Shown piece after piece: positions 27,423 through 40,685 of a stretch of 64,000 nucleotides of DNA (positions are counted from its first letter, which is position 1; each line of letters starts with the position of its first letter). Made by a program: the position numbers and the translations under genes. Source of the stretch: Azolla caroliniana (Eukaryota > Plantae > Polypodiophyta); NCBI GenBank assembly GCA_043228905.1, contig JBHGNT010000018.1:2170001-2234000 (forward strand), written 5' to 3'. The notes under the pieces were generated by a model. That model saw only the letters and a list, made by a program, of their open reading frames with translations. It searched no databases and was not told where the DNA came from.

Positions 27423-27880
27423 AGGGTTCAAACCTTTGATCCTTTGCTTAAGAATCGGATGGCCTATACATTGAACTTCAAGGATCCTATGTTACACACA
27501 CACAGAGTTATAGTCAATTATCATATCTTAAGTCTCAATTTGTTCATTATATGTTATGAGTACAAGAGTGCTCATCAATCAAGAATAACTTGACAAAGTA
27601 CCCCCAAGTGTGGCGCTTTCTATGTACTGGGTGATTTCCCGACATTGTTCGAGGATCCCGTGTTTTGTTTTAACTACAGGCTCTCAATAGAGGCACGGGA
27701 AGGTCCGATCCCGGAAGATTGATGGCATTAGAGTGGGACATAAATGTGAAAAGAGAGACTCCATTTGCTTGGCTACAATTGCTTGCACTAGGATTAATGG
27801 TGGCCATGGTTTGTGTTGCTATATGAAGGGAAGGGAAGGATAAGCTCTGAAAAAAAGCAGGAAAGAGGAGAGTGAAGGGC

Positions 27881-28656
27881 ATGGCTGCTTCTGTTGTTGT
27901 GAACCCATCACAACCTTTGTATTGTTGTTGGAGAACCCAAGGGGAGAAGACCAAAATCTTCTTCTGCTTGCCTCAGAACAGGACTTGTTTACATGCCAAT
28001 CCTTCAACCAAATTGTGCTCATTCTCTTCATCTTCATCATCATCATCATCATCATCTTCTTCTTCTTCCAGGAAGAGGAATCTTCATGTAATCAGAGCAA
28101 ATACAGGTGTTGATTTTGGTGCCAGGGATCCTTTCCCTGCTGAGATAGAGAGTAATTTCAGTGACAAAGTGTTGGGTTGTTGGGATACAGAACATGTCAT
28201 ATTGGTTCCGAATGCCCCTGCTCTCAGCCTCTGTGAGCAATCCTGCATTCACCCTCTCCCAGAATCAATCCGAGCTTTCTCTCTCGATGAAGCCAAAGCC
28301 CTCCTCCGCAAGGTAAGAAAAGAAAACTTGGGTCTTTGTTCTTTCTTTCTTTCTTTCTTTCTTTTGTGTGGCCTTGGCCAAAGACCATAGCCTGTGTGGT
28401 ATATTGTGGTCACATCATCATTCTCCCGGTAGTCATGTCATGATTATCACATTGTGATTGTGTCATGAGTGTTGTGATTGTGTGATCGGTGCCATGGCAT
28501 GTTAGGTTTTTCTTTGGCTAAGGTTTAAAGGGATCCATATGCAGAATATGAGAAAGATGGATCGAAACTAATGGGGGCTAATGATGCCTTCATTTCATCA
28601 TCTTACTGAGCAAGAAAGATATATTAACGTCTTCTAAGACCGAATTTGGCCTATGA

Positions 28657-28693
<37 letters not shown>

Positions 28694-29878
28694 TATTGTG
28701 TTTTGGTTTTTAAAGGATATACAGAGAGAAAATGAAAGAGAGAGGGATCAAATCATGCCTTTCATTCATCACTAGGAAGTACATTGTGATGTTCATAATG
28801 TTTGCCATTTGATGGCATTTTGTGAATGCAATTGTGTGCAAGGACAGGAAATAGATGCCAAATATTACATGTGGAACTAAAAGGAAATGACTATATGAAC
28901 CTCATTAAGTCACTCAAAGATAAAGCAAAAACAAGATCCGAGAATGGTCACCGGTGTGACCCAAAGAAAAAGTGTACAAAGAGGTCTCAATATGCATACC
29001 AAAAGAATGGAATTTGCGGCCAAAAGCAAAATCTTGTAGATTATAGCCCATAGTATAGGTTTGAAAACCAAATAGAATGCCGATTTTGTGTGATGAGATT
29101 TCGGTGTACTTGGTAGTGTAGGTTGTGGGATGGAGGCTTTTGGAAGATGAATTGGGATTGAAGCTTCAGTGCGAGTGGAAATTAAAAGATCATGCATCGG
29201 CACTCGAGCTTATAAGTCGACTCACTCAAGTGTCTGAATCCGAGAAGAAACCCGTGATCCTTAACCTGGATGATGCTACTCATATACTAAGAGCTGAGAT
29301 ATGGACAGAATCACTAGGTATGGTCCCATGCTCCTTTTGGTACTAAGTTTTTCCATATTTATATGGAAGTTTTTCCGTTTTCTAGAGAAAAAACAGTAAG
29401 AAAGGTGCCCCAATTGCTTTATACATTATTGGTTCATTTTTAGGTTGGAAACTCTTAAATGTTCCCATTGCATTTTTCTTTATTTCTCCCCGAACACCCC
29501 TAAGGTTTCATTATTCTCGGAATGCCTCTAAGTTACATGTGCTATTGTTAGCAATTTATGTGGTTAACTCATCCCCTTTTTTTGGTCAATTCATCCTCAT
29601 TCGGAGGTTGAGTAAAGGCATTTCGGGAGAAATAATGAAAACTAAGGTACATTCGGTGAAGTGAAGAAAAACCCAGCCAGTGTTATTTCGGATTTCCGGA
29701 GTTTGGAAATCTCATTAAAGCTAAAAGCCAACACATGAATCATGTGCATTTATGTTGTAACTAAAAGATGGAGCTTTGTGTTGCAGGTGGACTATGCTTG
29801 AATGACTTTATTTTGGCGGCTAAAATAGATCAAGTGAAGACTACAGATCTTATTAAGAGGAATAAATTTTGGGCTTAG
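27881..29878 (+). CDS. RAF2: Plastid pterin-4a-carbinolamine dehydratase-like protein / Rubisco accumulation factor 2, about 239 aa
   Basis: Exons 27881-28312, 29122-29317, 29787-29878. Ser-rich transit peptide, then DFGARDPFPAEIESNFSDKVLG..DTEH.IL.P, LLRKVVGWRL, LQCEWKLKD, GGLCLNDFILAAKIDQV...FWA*. Confidence 0.92.
29473..29670. mobile_element. Possible degenerate MITE in RAF2 intron 2
   Basis: Imperfect inverted ends of about 55 bp (TTTTTCTTTATTTCTCCCCGAA...TTTCATTATTCTCGGAATGCCT vs AGGCATTTCGGGAGAAATAATGAAA...TTCGGTGAAGTGAAGAAAAA); no TSD confirmed. Confidence 0.4.
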
Positions 29879-31166
29879 AGCTACAAATAAGTAGATGATG
29901 ATAAAAAAGCACACCTTCATTCTTATCATGAGCGCCTTGTGGTTTTTTGTAAAGTAGACTGACCGGAATCCGTTTTCTCCAATACTTTAGATGATGGTTT
30001 ATATATGTAGAAAAATGTCTCTTTATGTGTAGAAAATGTCTCAATATGAATATGGTGTAGAATTTTGTGTTCTAATCATCCAATGTATGCCAGAGTCGAG
30101 GATAATTGGTCATGGTTTCTCAAAGTCCATTGGGCTAGCAATGGAGGCAATCATTATATACGTAGCTAGCGTCCCATCTTCTATATGAAGTGGGTTCTAT
30201 TGTTTGTGGGTCACATGTGGCCTCTTCAGTGTAGTAGCACTATATATATGTAGCTAGCGTCCCATCTTCTATATGGGGGTGGTTTCTATTGTTTGTGGAT
30301 CTCATGGGTCACATTTGGTCTCTCAAGTGTAGTAGTACTATCTTATGCACAAATACATGTAGACTCACAAAAAAGAAACACACAACAAGCATGAGTCAAC
30401 TACCTTGTTTACTCTAATCAAACTCTTATCTATTTCTTTGAACAGAAACATGAAACACCTTAGGGCATCTGAAGACATGGTATGAAATTGACTTGCAATA
30501 AGTAACCATAAGCTTGAGAGGCCCAAATATTTGTGTTGGGAGGCTAGGTTATTATTATGGGCACCAAATTTCGCCAAGCTAATCTCTTCTATTGTTGGTG
30601 GATTCTTTTTTTTTTTTACCCAAAATCCAATTTGATGTAGGTCATTTTTATACATTGCTATCTGTGAGTGTAGTTGTTTAGTGTTCAATTCATCCATTGT
30701 ATTGTAAAGGGTGCTTTCTCTTTATTGTGATACGAAGTTGAACATATTTGTCAAACACCACTTTAAGGAACACCATGGAGTCATGCAAGGAATCAATGCT
30801 TTAATAAGCCAAGTGAAATATTGTAGAGGTGGTTGTTTAGAACAATTGAGAATCTTAAATATATAATGTTTTTTGTGAAAGAGTGATGATAATGGAAAAG
30901 AATAAGAGAGGAAAGGTAATCTTTAATGAAAATAGAATTGATTATTGGAAGTTAAAATTTGACATCCAATCTTGAGATTGACTAATAGAAGCCTTGAAAT
31001 GTAATACCATTTCTTGGAGAGCCCTTGAGAATATATTAAATCACCAAGGTATGTGTTTGAAAGATACACATTATTATGATCCTTGGATGTCAAATATGGC
31101 CTACAAAACCACAATTGAAATGGTATTACAAAAGATATAGGTATGTATGTGTGTGTATATATATAC

Positions 31167-31207
<41 letters not shown>

Positions 31208-31273
31208 CCTCCACAATAGATCAGGTTGCAATCTTCAAAACAAGGCTTAGCCCATGGTGAAGATCAAAATATT

Positions 31274-31313
<40 letters not shown>

Positions 31314-32911
31314 AATTTGTGGGATATGTCAACAATTTGGAGATTGTGAGGTTATTGGTGTGATGTTGTGGTGTGGGGTTTCAAAGAAGTGATTTATGGT
31401 GTAACAATATGAAGATCATACTTTGTCGTTATAATAAATTGATTAAACCTTTGCCCCTGTCATGACTTATGCTCCTATAATGGTTTTGTTGGATATTATA
31501 GGGCACTCTCACATTGTAAAGTGAGACTAGAATTATACAATTAACATGAGCCACACCATTATTGATAGGGCTCGTCTACCAAATTGTGCATGATCTATAG
31601 GCCTCACATGGTTTGTCCCATCATGATGGCACCTCATTGTATTTAGCGAAGGGTTTGGAGTTATGGTATCATTCCACCCAAATTTCAGCTAGAACAATGA
31701 CTTGTCCCAAATATTAAGACCTTACATGTATATGATATAATTCATATCATCATCTATGATCCAATTTGAAGTAGTTAAAAGGGTTTTCATGTCGTCTCAT
31801 GAGCTCGATGAAGAATCCTATTTCCTAGATCATATAACATAACATGCGGTCCAATTTATAGATAGTCTCGATAGTTGCATTCAAACAAATATGGGTTGGG
31901 TTGTAATCAAAATGCATATAGTTCCCAAATAACCCTAAATTTTCAAAATCCTCATCTTTATGGTTCCTAGAGAGAGGGAGAGGGAGATCTTTGTCATCAT
32001 CATAGGTGGTTCAATATGGTGTATGGGACCAAAGTGAAAACATTTCTTGAACCCTAAACCCTACAATTATGGCACCGAGGGGGGTATGCACTTGGAGGTT
32101 TACCAACAGGGTTCTTCATACTAGGGTAGCCATTTGTAGAAGTTGGAGCAATGTTAATAGGTGAACTATCACTTGGATGTCAAGGTCAGGAATACCCATA
32201 TATTTGTCAATGAAGTTCACCATGACATTAAGCATCCCTACTTCTATTATTTTAACAAGGAAAAGGCCAACCAATCGAAGAGGAGTGTGGGAGAGATCCT
32301 TATTGAAATTAAGTAACAAGAACAAAGCCAACATTGTGGCAGAGGATAAAGACCAAGGTTCATGTCACAAACCACCATCAAAACTGTTGGCTACTGTGTG
32401 GATCACCAAAACAATTATGGCATCATGGGGGTTATGCACTTGAGAGGGTCCTTCATATCATGGAACCAATCCCTCTACTTGAGGGAGATGACTCTACTAT
32501 GAAGCAATTACTACTAATCCTATGAGAGAAAGAGGAAGAAACGCTCTAGCCCAATGTAATGAAAAGTAAAAATGACATCGAGAGGAGCTTATCCTTTAGC
32601 TTCTATACATCTTTACTAGACCCTTCCTAGGTTTTGCATTTTTTTATCTTCCATTACATTGTTTCCCCATCTCAGTGTAGGTCATGAATCATATTACCAG
32701 TAGTTAACAATCATCCTAGACAAACATAGATTCTAATGATGAGAACCTGATCGAATATAGACTCTTAATTATGAACTTCTAGTCAAAGTACTAATGCCCA
32801 TGTGAACTAGGATATAGAATGGAGTCAAACATAACATGATCAATGAATTTTGAACCTCCCCCCCCCCCCCCCCCCCCAATTTCCTTGATTCTAGCCTCAT
32901 AAGCTTGGGAG

Positions 32912-33149
32912 CATAGTATGAACCATACGTGCATTCTCATTCGCGAAAGAAAAACACCCTCAAAGAATGATAAATACCATACTTTTGGATTAACTATTTA
33001 TTATGAGGTAGATAAGCCTAAAAATGGAAAAAAACATTAAAAAAAAGGGGGAAAAAAAAACACAAGAATGTTTGGATAACATTCGCATTCGTTTTCCAAC
33101 GTAGGAAAACGAATGTTATACTAGACGAACATGAATTTTATGTACTATG
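32912..33149. mobile_element. hAT-like MITE (238 bp), second TIR family
   Basis: Termini CATAGTA / TACTATG; perfect 8-bp TSD CTTGGGAG (32904-32911, 33150-33157); internal CATTCG/CGAATG motifs and a 12-bp stem-loop at 33086-33115. Confidence 0.7.
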
Positions 33150-33232
33150 CTTGGGAGCATCAATAGAAGCCTCAAATCCCTCATATTTCAGTTTGTCACT
33201 CTTTCAATTTCACTAGGACATTATGCAGTATC

Positions 33233-33395
33233 GGATCAAGTGCAACGCGTCTCTAAACCCTAAACCCTACTCCGTCTCTCCTTCTTTTTCTTTTTATTAT
33301 AATTACCTTACTCATAGGATCAAGTGCAACGCATCTCTAAACCCTAAACCCTACTCCGTCTCTCCTTCTTTTTCTTTTTATCATAATTACCTTAC
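33233..33395. repeat. Tandem duplication, 84-bp period x2, containing telo-box AAACCCTAAACCCTA
   Basis: GGATCAAGTGCAACGC.TCTCTAAACCCTAAACCCTACTCCG... at 33233 and 33317. Confidence 0.9.
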
Positions 33396-33866
33396 CCTAG
33401 TGATAAGTTGTTCTATTGCTAGCCTTAGGTCCTGGGTTCGGAACCTAATTATTTCACATCTCTATTATTCCACATATATATAATATCCTCTTAAATTTTA
33501 CTAGATCTTAGTGTGGAATGTAGGAGTTGAACCCATGACCTCCTTGTGCGGAGAGAACACATGAAGCCTTTGTGTGTGTGAAGCCTTTTATCTTTTATTG
33601 TGGGCAATTTATGAACAGCCTAAATTTGTAATTACAAATAACTTATTATCATGTGAACTTTCTAGATGTTTCGATTTTTTATTTTTTTGAAACTTTATTT
33701 TTGTTTTTGATTTTTATTTGTGTTTTTGGCCTACCATTTTTTTCCTGCTTCTTCTTCTTCTTCTTCTTCTTCTTCTTCTTCTTCTGCAGCCAAGAATTAT
33801 ATGCGCTGCAGACAATCTCTCATCCTTCCACAGAAAGCTTCCTTAATCTTGCTTCTGCCTGTGGCT

Positions 33867-36800
33867 ATGGCGATGACCTCCTCCTGCTCCTCTTCTTTCC
33901 TCTCGCTCTCTCATTACACTAGCCTTTCTACTCTTTCTTCTTCTTCTTCTTCTTCTTCTTCTTCTTCTTCTTCTTCCTCTCGTTTCCTTGTCTCCCATCC
34001 CTCGCCTCTTTCCTTCTCCACCAGAAGCCTGAAGATCATTTCCACTCCACCAGCGACTGCATGGAAACACCATATCTTCTTCGCCGCCGCCCCGAAATCT
34101 TCGCAGACTGATGTCAAGGTATGTTCCCTTCACTAAAACCTGGCTTTCTGTTTCTCAAGGCGTGCCATAGTTTCCTTCACTAAATTTAGCTGCTTCTTTC
34201 CGCAAAGAACTCGCGCTTCCTTCTTCTGTGTACTGACTCATTTTATGCATAGATATAAGTCTTATGTTAATGCGTCTTTCTCTATATTACGTTCTTCCCT
34301 TCCTAAATATGTGTTTAGAAGAATAATCCTTTTAACTAATGTGCAGTCTCCAACTAAAGATATCTTTTGACTACATTAGCTTCTTGCATCTCTAGATATA
34401 TTCATGGAATTGGGCTCCATATGTGATGTTAGGAATGATTCCTACGCCTAATTATCTTCTTTTCCCTCTAAATATGTTTGTGAAAGTAGCCTTCCTGTCT
34501 GTTAAAGTATGCTCTCTGCCTGTTAATTAGCTTCTTTCATTGTTAGGTATGTCTGTTTAAGGTATGTTTCCTTGACTAAACTAGCTTTGTCTCTACCTAA
34601 ATATGCCTGTTATGATATGCTTCCTTTATTGACCTGTCTTATTATCTGCCTAAATATGCCTGCTTCCTTAACTAAACTAGCTTCTTCTATACCTAAATAT
34701 GCATATTAAAATACGTTTCCTACTCTAAATTTGCTCTTTCTCGTCTTGAATATGCCTGTTAAGATATCTTACCTTCACTAGAGCATATTCTCATATTTAG
34801 TAGACATGTTTGTCTTCGTTATAGTTTCTACTCCTACCTGAAGACTAGGTTATATCATAGAAAGGGTAGAAGGATGCCATCTTCCGTCATTATGTTTCTT
34901 GGTTCCATTTGTCGACTTTAACAGTAGGTTGATACAGGGAAAAAATATTGCAATACATTCTTCACAAAATATGCCTCACATCTACCTTGTTTTGGAATGT
35001 GTCTCAAGTTCATTGTTTAGCAATGTGTCTATCGGATCCCTTGAGTTATGTTCTGTACATGAAGAACAATCTGCCACAATGTAAGACTCAATAGGTTAAT
35101 GTGTGAAAGCACAATATATTAGCATTTAAAGCGTTCTCTTTTCTGCATTGCAGGAGGTTTATGAGGAACAAGATACTGATGTAAGTGATTCTGATAGTGA
35201 AAGCTCAGATAAGGAAAACAATGGAGTTATTTCTGATGAGGAATCCTTGAGACCTAGCATTGTCTCCTTGTTAAAAGACTACAAAGAGACGATTTTGAAT
35301 AGTGATGAAAATTCTATTGCAGATATTGAATCAAAGTTTATTTCACTTGAGAAAGAAAAAGATGCCAATGCGAATCGAATTTCAAGTCTGATTGAAGAAT
35401 CAGCATTGTTGAAGGATCGTCTTCTTCGTTTGAATGCAGACTTTGACAACTTCCGGAAAAGATCTGAAAGGGAAAGATTGGCTGTGGCTAGTAATGTGAA
35501 GGGTGATGTAGTCAATAGCCTCTTGCCGATGGTTGATAATTTTGAAAGAGCAAAAACACAGTTAAAGATAGAGAATGAAGGGGAGCAGAAAATCGACAGC
35601 AGCTATCAGGGTATTTACAAACAATTTGTTGAAATCATGAAAGGGCTTGGGGTTTCTGCAGTGGAAACAGTTGGAAAGCAATTCGACCCAAATGTATGCT
35701 CTAATCTTACTTTCTTTCCTTTTTGTCCTTTTCCTTTGTATCCTTTCAGCTGCCTTTTTCATGAGTTTAGGTTTTTGTGAGCTTTCCTTTTCTAATGCGT
35801 TATGTATTTCTGAGCTTCATTACAATTCAGGAAAATACCCAAATACCCGTAGAATTTTTCTTATTTTGTGGAGTTTTCTTAATTTCCCCAAGTTTAGTTA
35901 TTTCAAATTTGAGTTCTTCCTTTCTTTTCTATGTTTGTTAGATTCCTGTTTTGTTTTTATACTTATTGCATATAGATTGATTTCGTCTTATATGTTATAC
36001 AAGTCTGGTCTGTTCTCATACAATATGTTTTTCTGAAAGCAAGCTCTGAAATACCCCATTCCTTGTCACAATTTCATATATTTTATGTTCATGAAAATGT
36101 TCTCGGTGTCTTTTTTCCTATACTTATGTTTTTCTGAGACAGAGCTGCTGATAGGGAGCTCCATTTTATGTTTTTTCTGAAACCAATCTACTACTTAAAA
36201 GCTCTGTTATTTTGTAGAACTTCTTTTCTCATATGTACATAATGTTTTTCTGAAAACAAGCTCTGCAATTCAGGAAAGACCTCCAAATACCCCATGTTTT
36301 CTCATTACTTGCTGTCTATCTGTGATTTTTTGTTGTTTCGTTTTCATTATTTCCCTCCTATCTGTGAGGTTTTGCTGCTTGCGTTTGTGTTTTTCATTAC
36401 TTGATGTATTTGTTTTTCGTTTTGTTTTCTTTCACCTCCTATCTGTAAGGTTTTGCTGTTTGCGTTTGTGTTTTTCATTACTTCATGTTTGTGTTTTTAG
36501 TTTTGTTTTCTTTCGTATCATGTCAAACATTTGGCTTAATATCCTATCAGCTTCTTGTCTCAGGCATTATTGATTTTCTGAAGGCAAGCTAGCTAGTCTT
36601 GGCTCCGAAGAAGCTTTGTAATAACTTTGATTATTTGGCTTCTTCGTAATAACTTTGAGTATTTGTTTATTTCCCGAATTGCCCTCCCTCAGTCAATCCT
36701 GGAAGCTCACCCTCTTAATCTCACTTTAAGTGTACCCTCTTGCTATCTTAAATGGGTATTTTTGAGGCAGATGCATCTTACAGTATTTATTAATGTCGTT

Positions 36801-37014
36801 TTTGCAGATCCATGAGGCAATAATGCGTGAGGAAAGCCTTCAATATCCAGAAGGTGTGGTAATAGAAGAATTCAGACGAGGATTCATGTTAGGGGACAAA
36901 CTATTACGACCCGCCATGGTGAAAGTTTCGTCTGGTCTACCTAGCACTACCTTAGAGCAATCTAGTGGTGAACAACTAGAGTTGGAAGAAGTTGTTGAGA
37001 AAACAAAGGGTTAG
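33867..37014 (+). CDS. grpE: Chloroplast GrpE nucleotide-exchange factor (CGE-like), about 332 aa
   Basis: Exons 33867-34118, 35154-35693, 36808-37014. Ser-rich transit peptide; KDRLLRLNADFDNFRKRSERE, LLPMVDNFERA, GKQFDPNIHEAIMREES, RGFMLGDKLLRPAMVKVS. Confidence 0.95.
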
Positions 37015-37483
37015 GCTTCCCATATTAGTCTCAATTTTGTTCTTGGACCTACACTGATGTATTCTTTTTCTGTATTATCCAATATTATTTGAACTGTTTG
37101 AGCTTACACTAAAATGAGAACAGTGTATATATTGAGTGTAGGGTATCTATCCAAATTATTTTTGCTAAAATCCTAGATTTTTTTTCACAGTTTGGCAACT
37201 TTATACTTATTTCTATGTATATTCTGTTATCCATCAATCTGATGTGAAAAGCCATCACCAATTGATGGGTAATAATAACTAATTAACATCCTGAATACTA
37301 TCAAATGCTTGTTTGATGTTATGAGTGGTGTGCTAAAGAATGTGAAGATTTTGAAAGCTTTAACATCTACCTATATAGTGGTAATAGTTGATGACATCTA
37401 CTTAAATCTTAGGGTTTTTTTCACAGTTTGGCAACTTTATATACTTGTTTTTATATATTCCATCAGTCACCCATTAGTCATCG

Positions 37484-37617
37484 ATCTGATGGGAAAAGTG
37501 TACACCAATTAATGGGGAAATTTAATTAATAGTTTTATTTGAACCAAAGTATCTGATGGGAAAAGTGTACACCAATTAATGGGGAAATTTAATTAATAGT
37601 TTTATTTGAACCAAAGT
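37484..37617. repeat. Perfect tandem duplication, 67 bp x2
   Basis: ATCTGATGGGAAAAGTGTACACC...GAACCAAAGT at 37484 and 37551. Confidence 0.92.
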
Positions 37618-39218
37618 AGATAAGACATGTAGTTTAGGGTTTAAGGTTGTTTAGACTATTTGCATGTATGTTAGTGTTTGAGGTCTTTCTGAATTTTAAG
37701 TTAATGTCTCATGCCCTCTAAAAGTGTCCAACTCTTTTTCACAACACTTTCTATGGATTTGGAATCATTTAGAGTTCTTATGGTAAAATCCAATTTGAAT
37801 GAATCAAGAGAATCATTTAATTTTCTCAGTTACTTGAACAATATCTTTGTCGACAGTCCAAATGAATGACCAAAATAATCATAATCATTTGGACCGTTAT
37901 TGTGTCTGAAATTCACACTCATTTTGTAACAAAAGTAGGCTGTGCGTTTTTCTTCACTTTTTTGGAGCATCCTAATCCAAGTTTGAACAAAGATGATAAG
38001 AATTGTTGTTGACCACAAGCAAGAGGGGGATAGGGAAATGGAAATGAAAGACATTTTCAAAGTTTGTGTTTTATTATTATTTGCCTATGCAGACCTTATT
38101 TGTGAGTAGTAGACCAGCAAGTAGGCATGGCTTTACATGTTTTACGTGTAACAAGAAGTAGTGAACTATTGCATCATTCTAAATGACTGCCATCACACTA
38201 TGAGAATATGGTTACTACACATTCTCAAATTAACATCCCACGTAGTTCTCTAGAATGCACAAGAGTAAAAAGATCACTGAAGTAGGTGATACTTTATATG
38301 CTATTTATTACGTTACAATGGAAAATAGGTTCATTTCAACTTTCTATTATGTTTCTCATGTAGAAAAGGTGCATTTTAAGACAATCTGATCATTTATGTA
38401 TACTAAAAGAAGACATGTAGGTGTGATTTATACTCATATGCTATCTCATTTTTGTTGTGATTTTATTGCAAAATAACTACCATACTCATAAAACTAGAAC
38501 TCATCAAGTTGCATCAATTTATGTGAGAAATATCTTGCAGCAGCCATAAAAATATCCATCCACAAATTCCCAAATGTGTGCTGTAAGTTCCCATATGATT
38601 GCTTCAGGCTGATGCTGACAACCTAGGTCCTATACCTTATTATGAAGATTACCTACCAACATATCGTTTACACAGAAATGTCGCTTGAATCACCTAAACC
38701 GTAGTCTTAACTGTTATATGAAATGTCGTATAAATAGTGTAAAGAGGAAAACTTTCCATAATTATTTGATCTGTAAGAGGAATTCTCGAATGTCTGCTGA
38801 CATAAGTTACCATATGATTGCTTCCAGTTAATGTTGACAACCTATACCTTACTACGAAATTCACCTACACAGAACATATTGTTTACACAAGTAGTGGGAT
38901 TTCCCTTGGATTACCTAAAACTTTTGTTAACATAGGAAATCCAAACTGTTGTTTCCCTGTTGTATAAAATGTCTTACATACAAGTTACCACAATTATTTG
39001 GTGTCTTGGGATCATCCTTTGTTCAATGCTACCTGGGAATTGGAATCTAAGTTTCACAAGGCATTTCTAGATCTCTTCATCCAACCCTTTAGGAGAGATG
39101 GAATGTCGTAGCCATAACTGTTGCAACTCCATTCAGAGATGTCACCAGTGCAAGCGGACAGAAGTGTATTGTTGTGTAGGCACAAGGGTGGGCATGTGTA
39201 CTAACTTTAGCGAAGGAT

Positions 39219-39255
<37 letters not shown>

Positions 39256-39589
39256 TGTATGTATGTACTAAGGTTCTCAACCTTGGATAGCATGTCCCCT
39301 CCTCCCATACATGTTAGTTATCCACTTCATGCTCACTATGCCTGGTTCACCTGAGGACACTCAAATGCACTTCGTGAACTTCGTCATATAGCCTTGCTCC
39401 ACCACACCAACAAACCTTGGATAACATGTACCCTCAACACCAGTCATCCCATACATATTAGTTATTCATTTCATTTAGATCATTTTGATAGATATTTGGG
39501 AAATCTCAAGATTTTATTCTTGTTTCGATATAGATAACATGAAATAACCCAAAACTGTTATCATTTTCATCTCATGAATATAATTTTCT

Positions 39590-40200
39590 TTCTTTCTTTT
39601 CTCTCCACATTCGATTGTGAGTAAGAGGACTAAATTTAAGGAGCTTCATCAAGAAAAATGCATAGCTTTGTAGCATCCATGGCCATCACTACCCAGAGGT
39701 TCTATACTTTTTGTTTCTGTGTTGGATGCCCTTGGCTCAGCCTTCTACAACCCTGCCATGTCTTCGTTACCACTTTGCTCCTCGAACTAAGCATCCATGG
39801 CCATCACTACCCAGAGGTTCTATACTTTTTGTTTCTGTGTTGGATGCCCTTGGCTCAGCCTTCTACAACCCTGCCATGTCTTCGTTACCACTTTGCTCCT
39901 CGAACTAAGCATCCATGGCCATCACTACCCAGAGGTTCTATACTTTTTGTTTGTGTTGGATGCCCTTGGCTCAGCCTTCTACAACCCTGCCATGTCTTCG
40001 TTACCACTTTGCTCCTCGAACTAAGCATCCATGGCCATCACTACCCAGAGGTTCTATACTTTTTGTTTCTGTGTTGGATGCCCTTGGCTCAGCCTTCTAC
40101 AACCCTGCCATGTCTTCGTTACCACTTTGCTCCTCGAACTACAGCCCACCTCATGTCTGCAATATTAATGGTCATATTGATGATGATAGTGGTTTGTATC
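39590..40200 (+). pseudogene. Inverted partial duplicate of the 5' end of the neighbouring methyltransferase CDS
   Basis: 39600-39790 resembles the reverse complement of about 42140-42320, including a mutated acceptor (CTCTCCACAT vs CTCTCCACAG). It translates as HPWPSLPRGSILFVSVLDA versus LPWPSLPRGSMLSVSVLDA in the gene. Confidence 0.85.
39672..40141. repeat. Tandem array, 118-bp unit x4 (gene-derived)
   Basis: Units start at 39672, 39790, 39908 and 40024 (third unit 116 bp); nearly identical to each other. Confidence 0.95.
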
Positions 40201-40685
40201 TGCTCCCTTAGGGCATGAGCTAGAGCTACCATGCGCTTTGTCACTAGGCTAGCAATATATTAACCTCTGTTTTCTTGATTGTGTACTCTTTATGTCAAGT
40301 ATTTGTCTTTGCATCTTTTGTTGTTTTCCACTATTTAAAAATGGATACCTTGTTGGACTGTTTTTGTTTGCATGCCAAAGCCCTCATATAATTTCTCATT
40401 TACCATGTCCATTTCATTATCTCATACACAGTCTTTGTGGGAACTCCATCAGTGCATCTCAACAATTATATTTTGATTTGAATGCTTCAACACAAGTCAT
40501 ATAATAATAAGCATTCATTTCATTAAGTATTAATTATTCTAAAATCTTCCCATATCAGCATAAGAGCAGCAATAAGAATCTCCCCTATATCCAAAATCAA
40601 AATGATTAAAAATACAATGAAGTATGCCACGTTTATAAGATACCTACGTAACACAACATGTGAATAAGAGTGTGCAATAGATTTA

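Noticed and set aside
30700-32800. Possible retroelement remnant between RAF2 and GrpE
   Set aside because: Only short ORFs with no recognisable RT, integrase or RNase H motif.
27881-37014. RAF2 next to plastid GrpE and PPR genes as a chloroplast-biogenesis cluster
   Set aside because: Plastid-targeted and PPR genes are common, so adjacency alone is not evidence of a functional cluster.
39672-40141. Regular array superficially like a CRISPR, and the overlapping 186-aa ORF
   Set aside because: No unique spacers and a eukaryotic context; the ORFs are frame-cycling read-through of a 118-bp unit.
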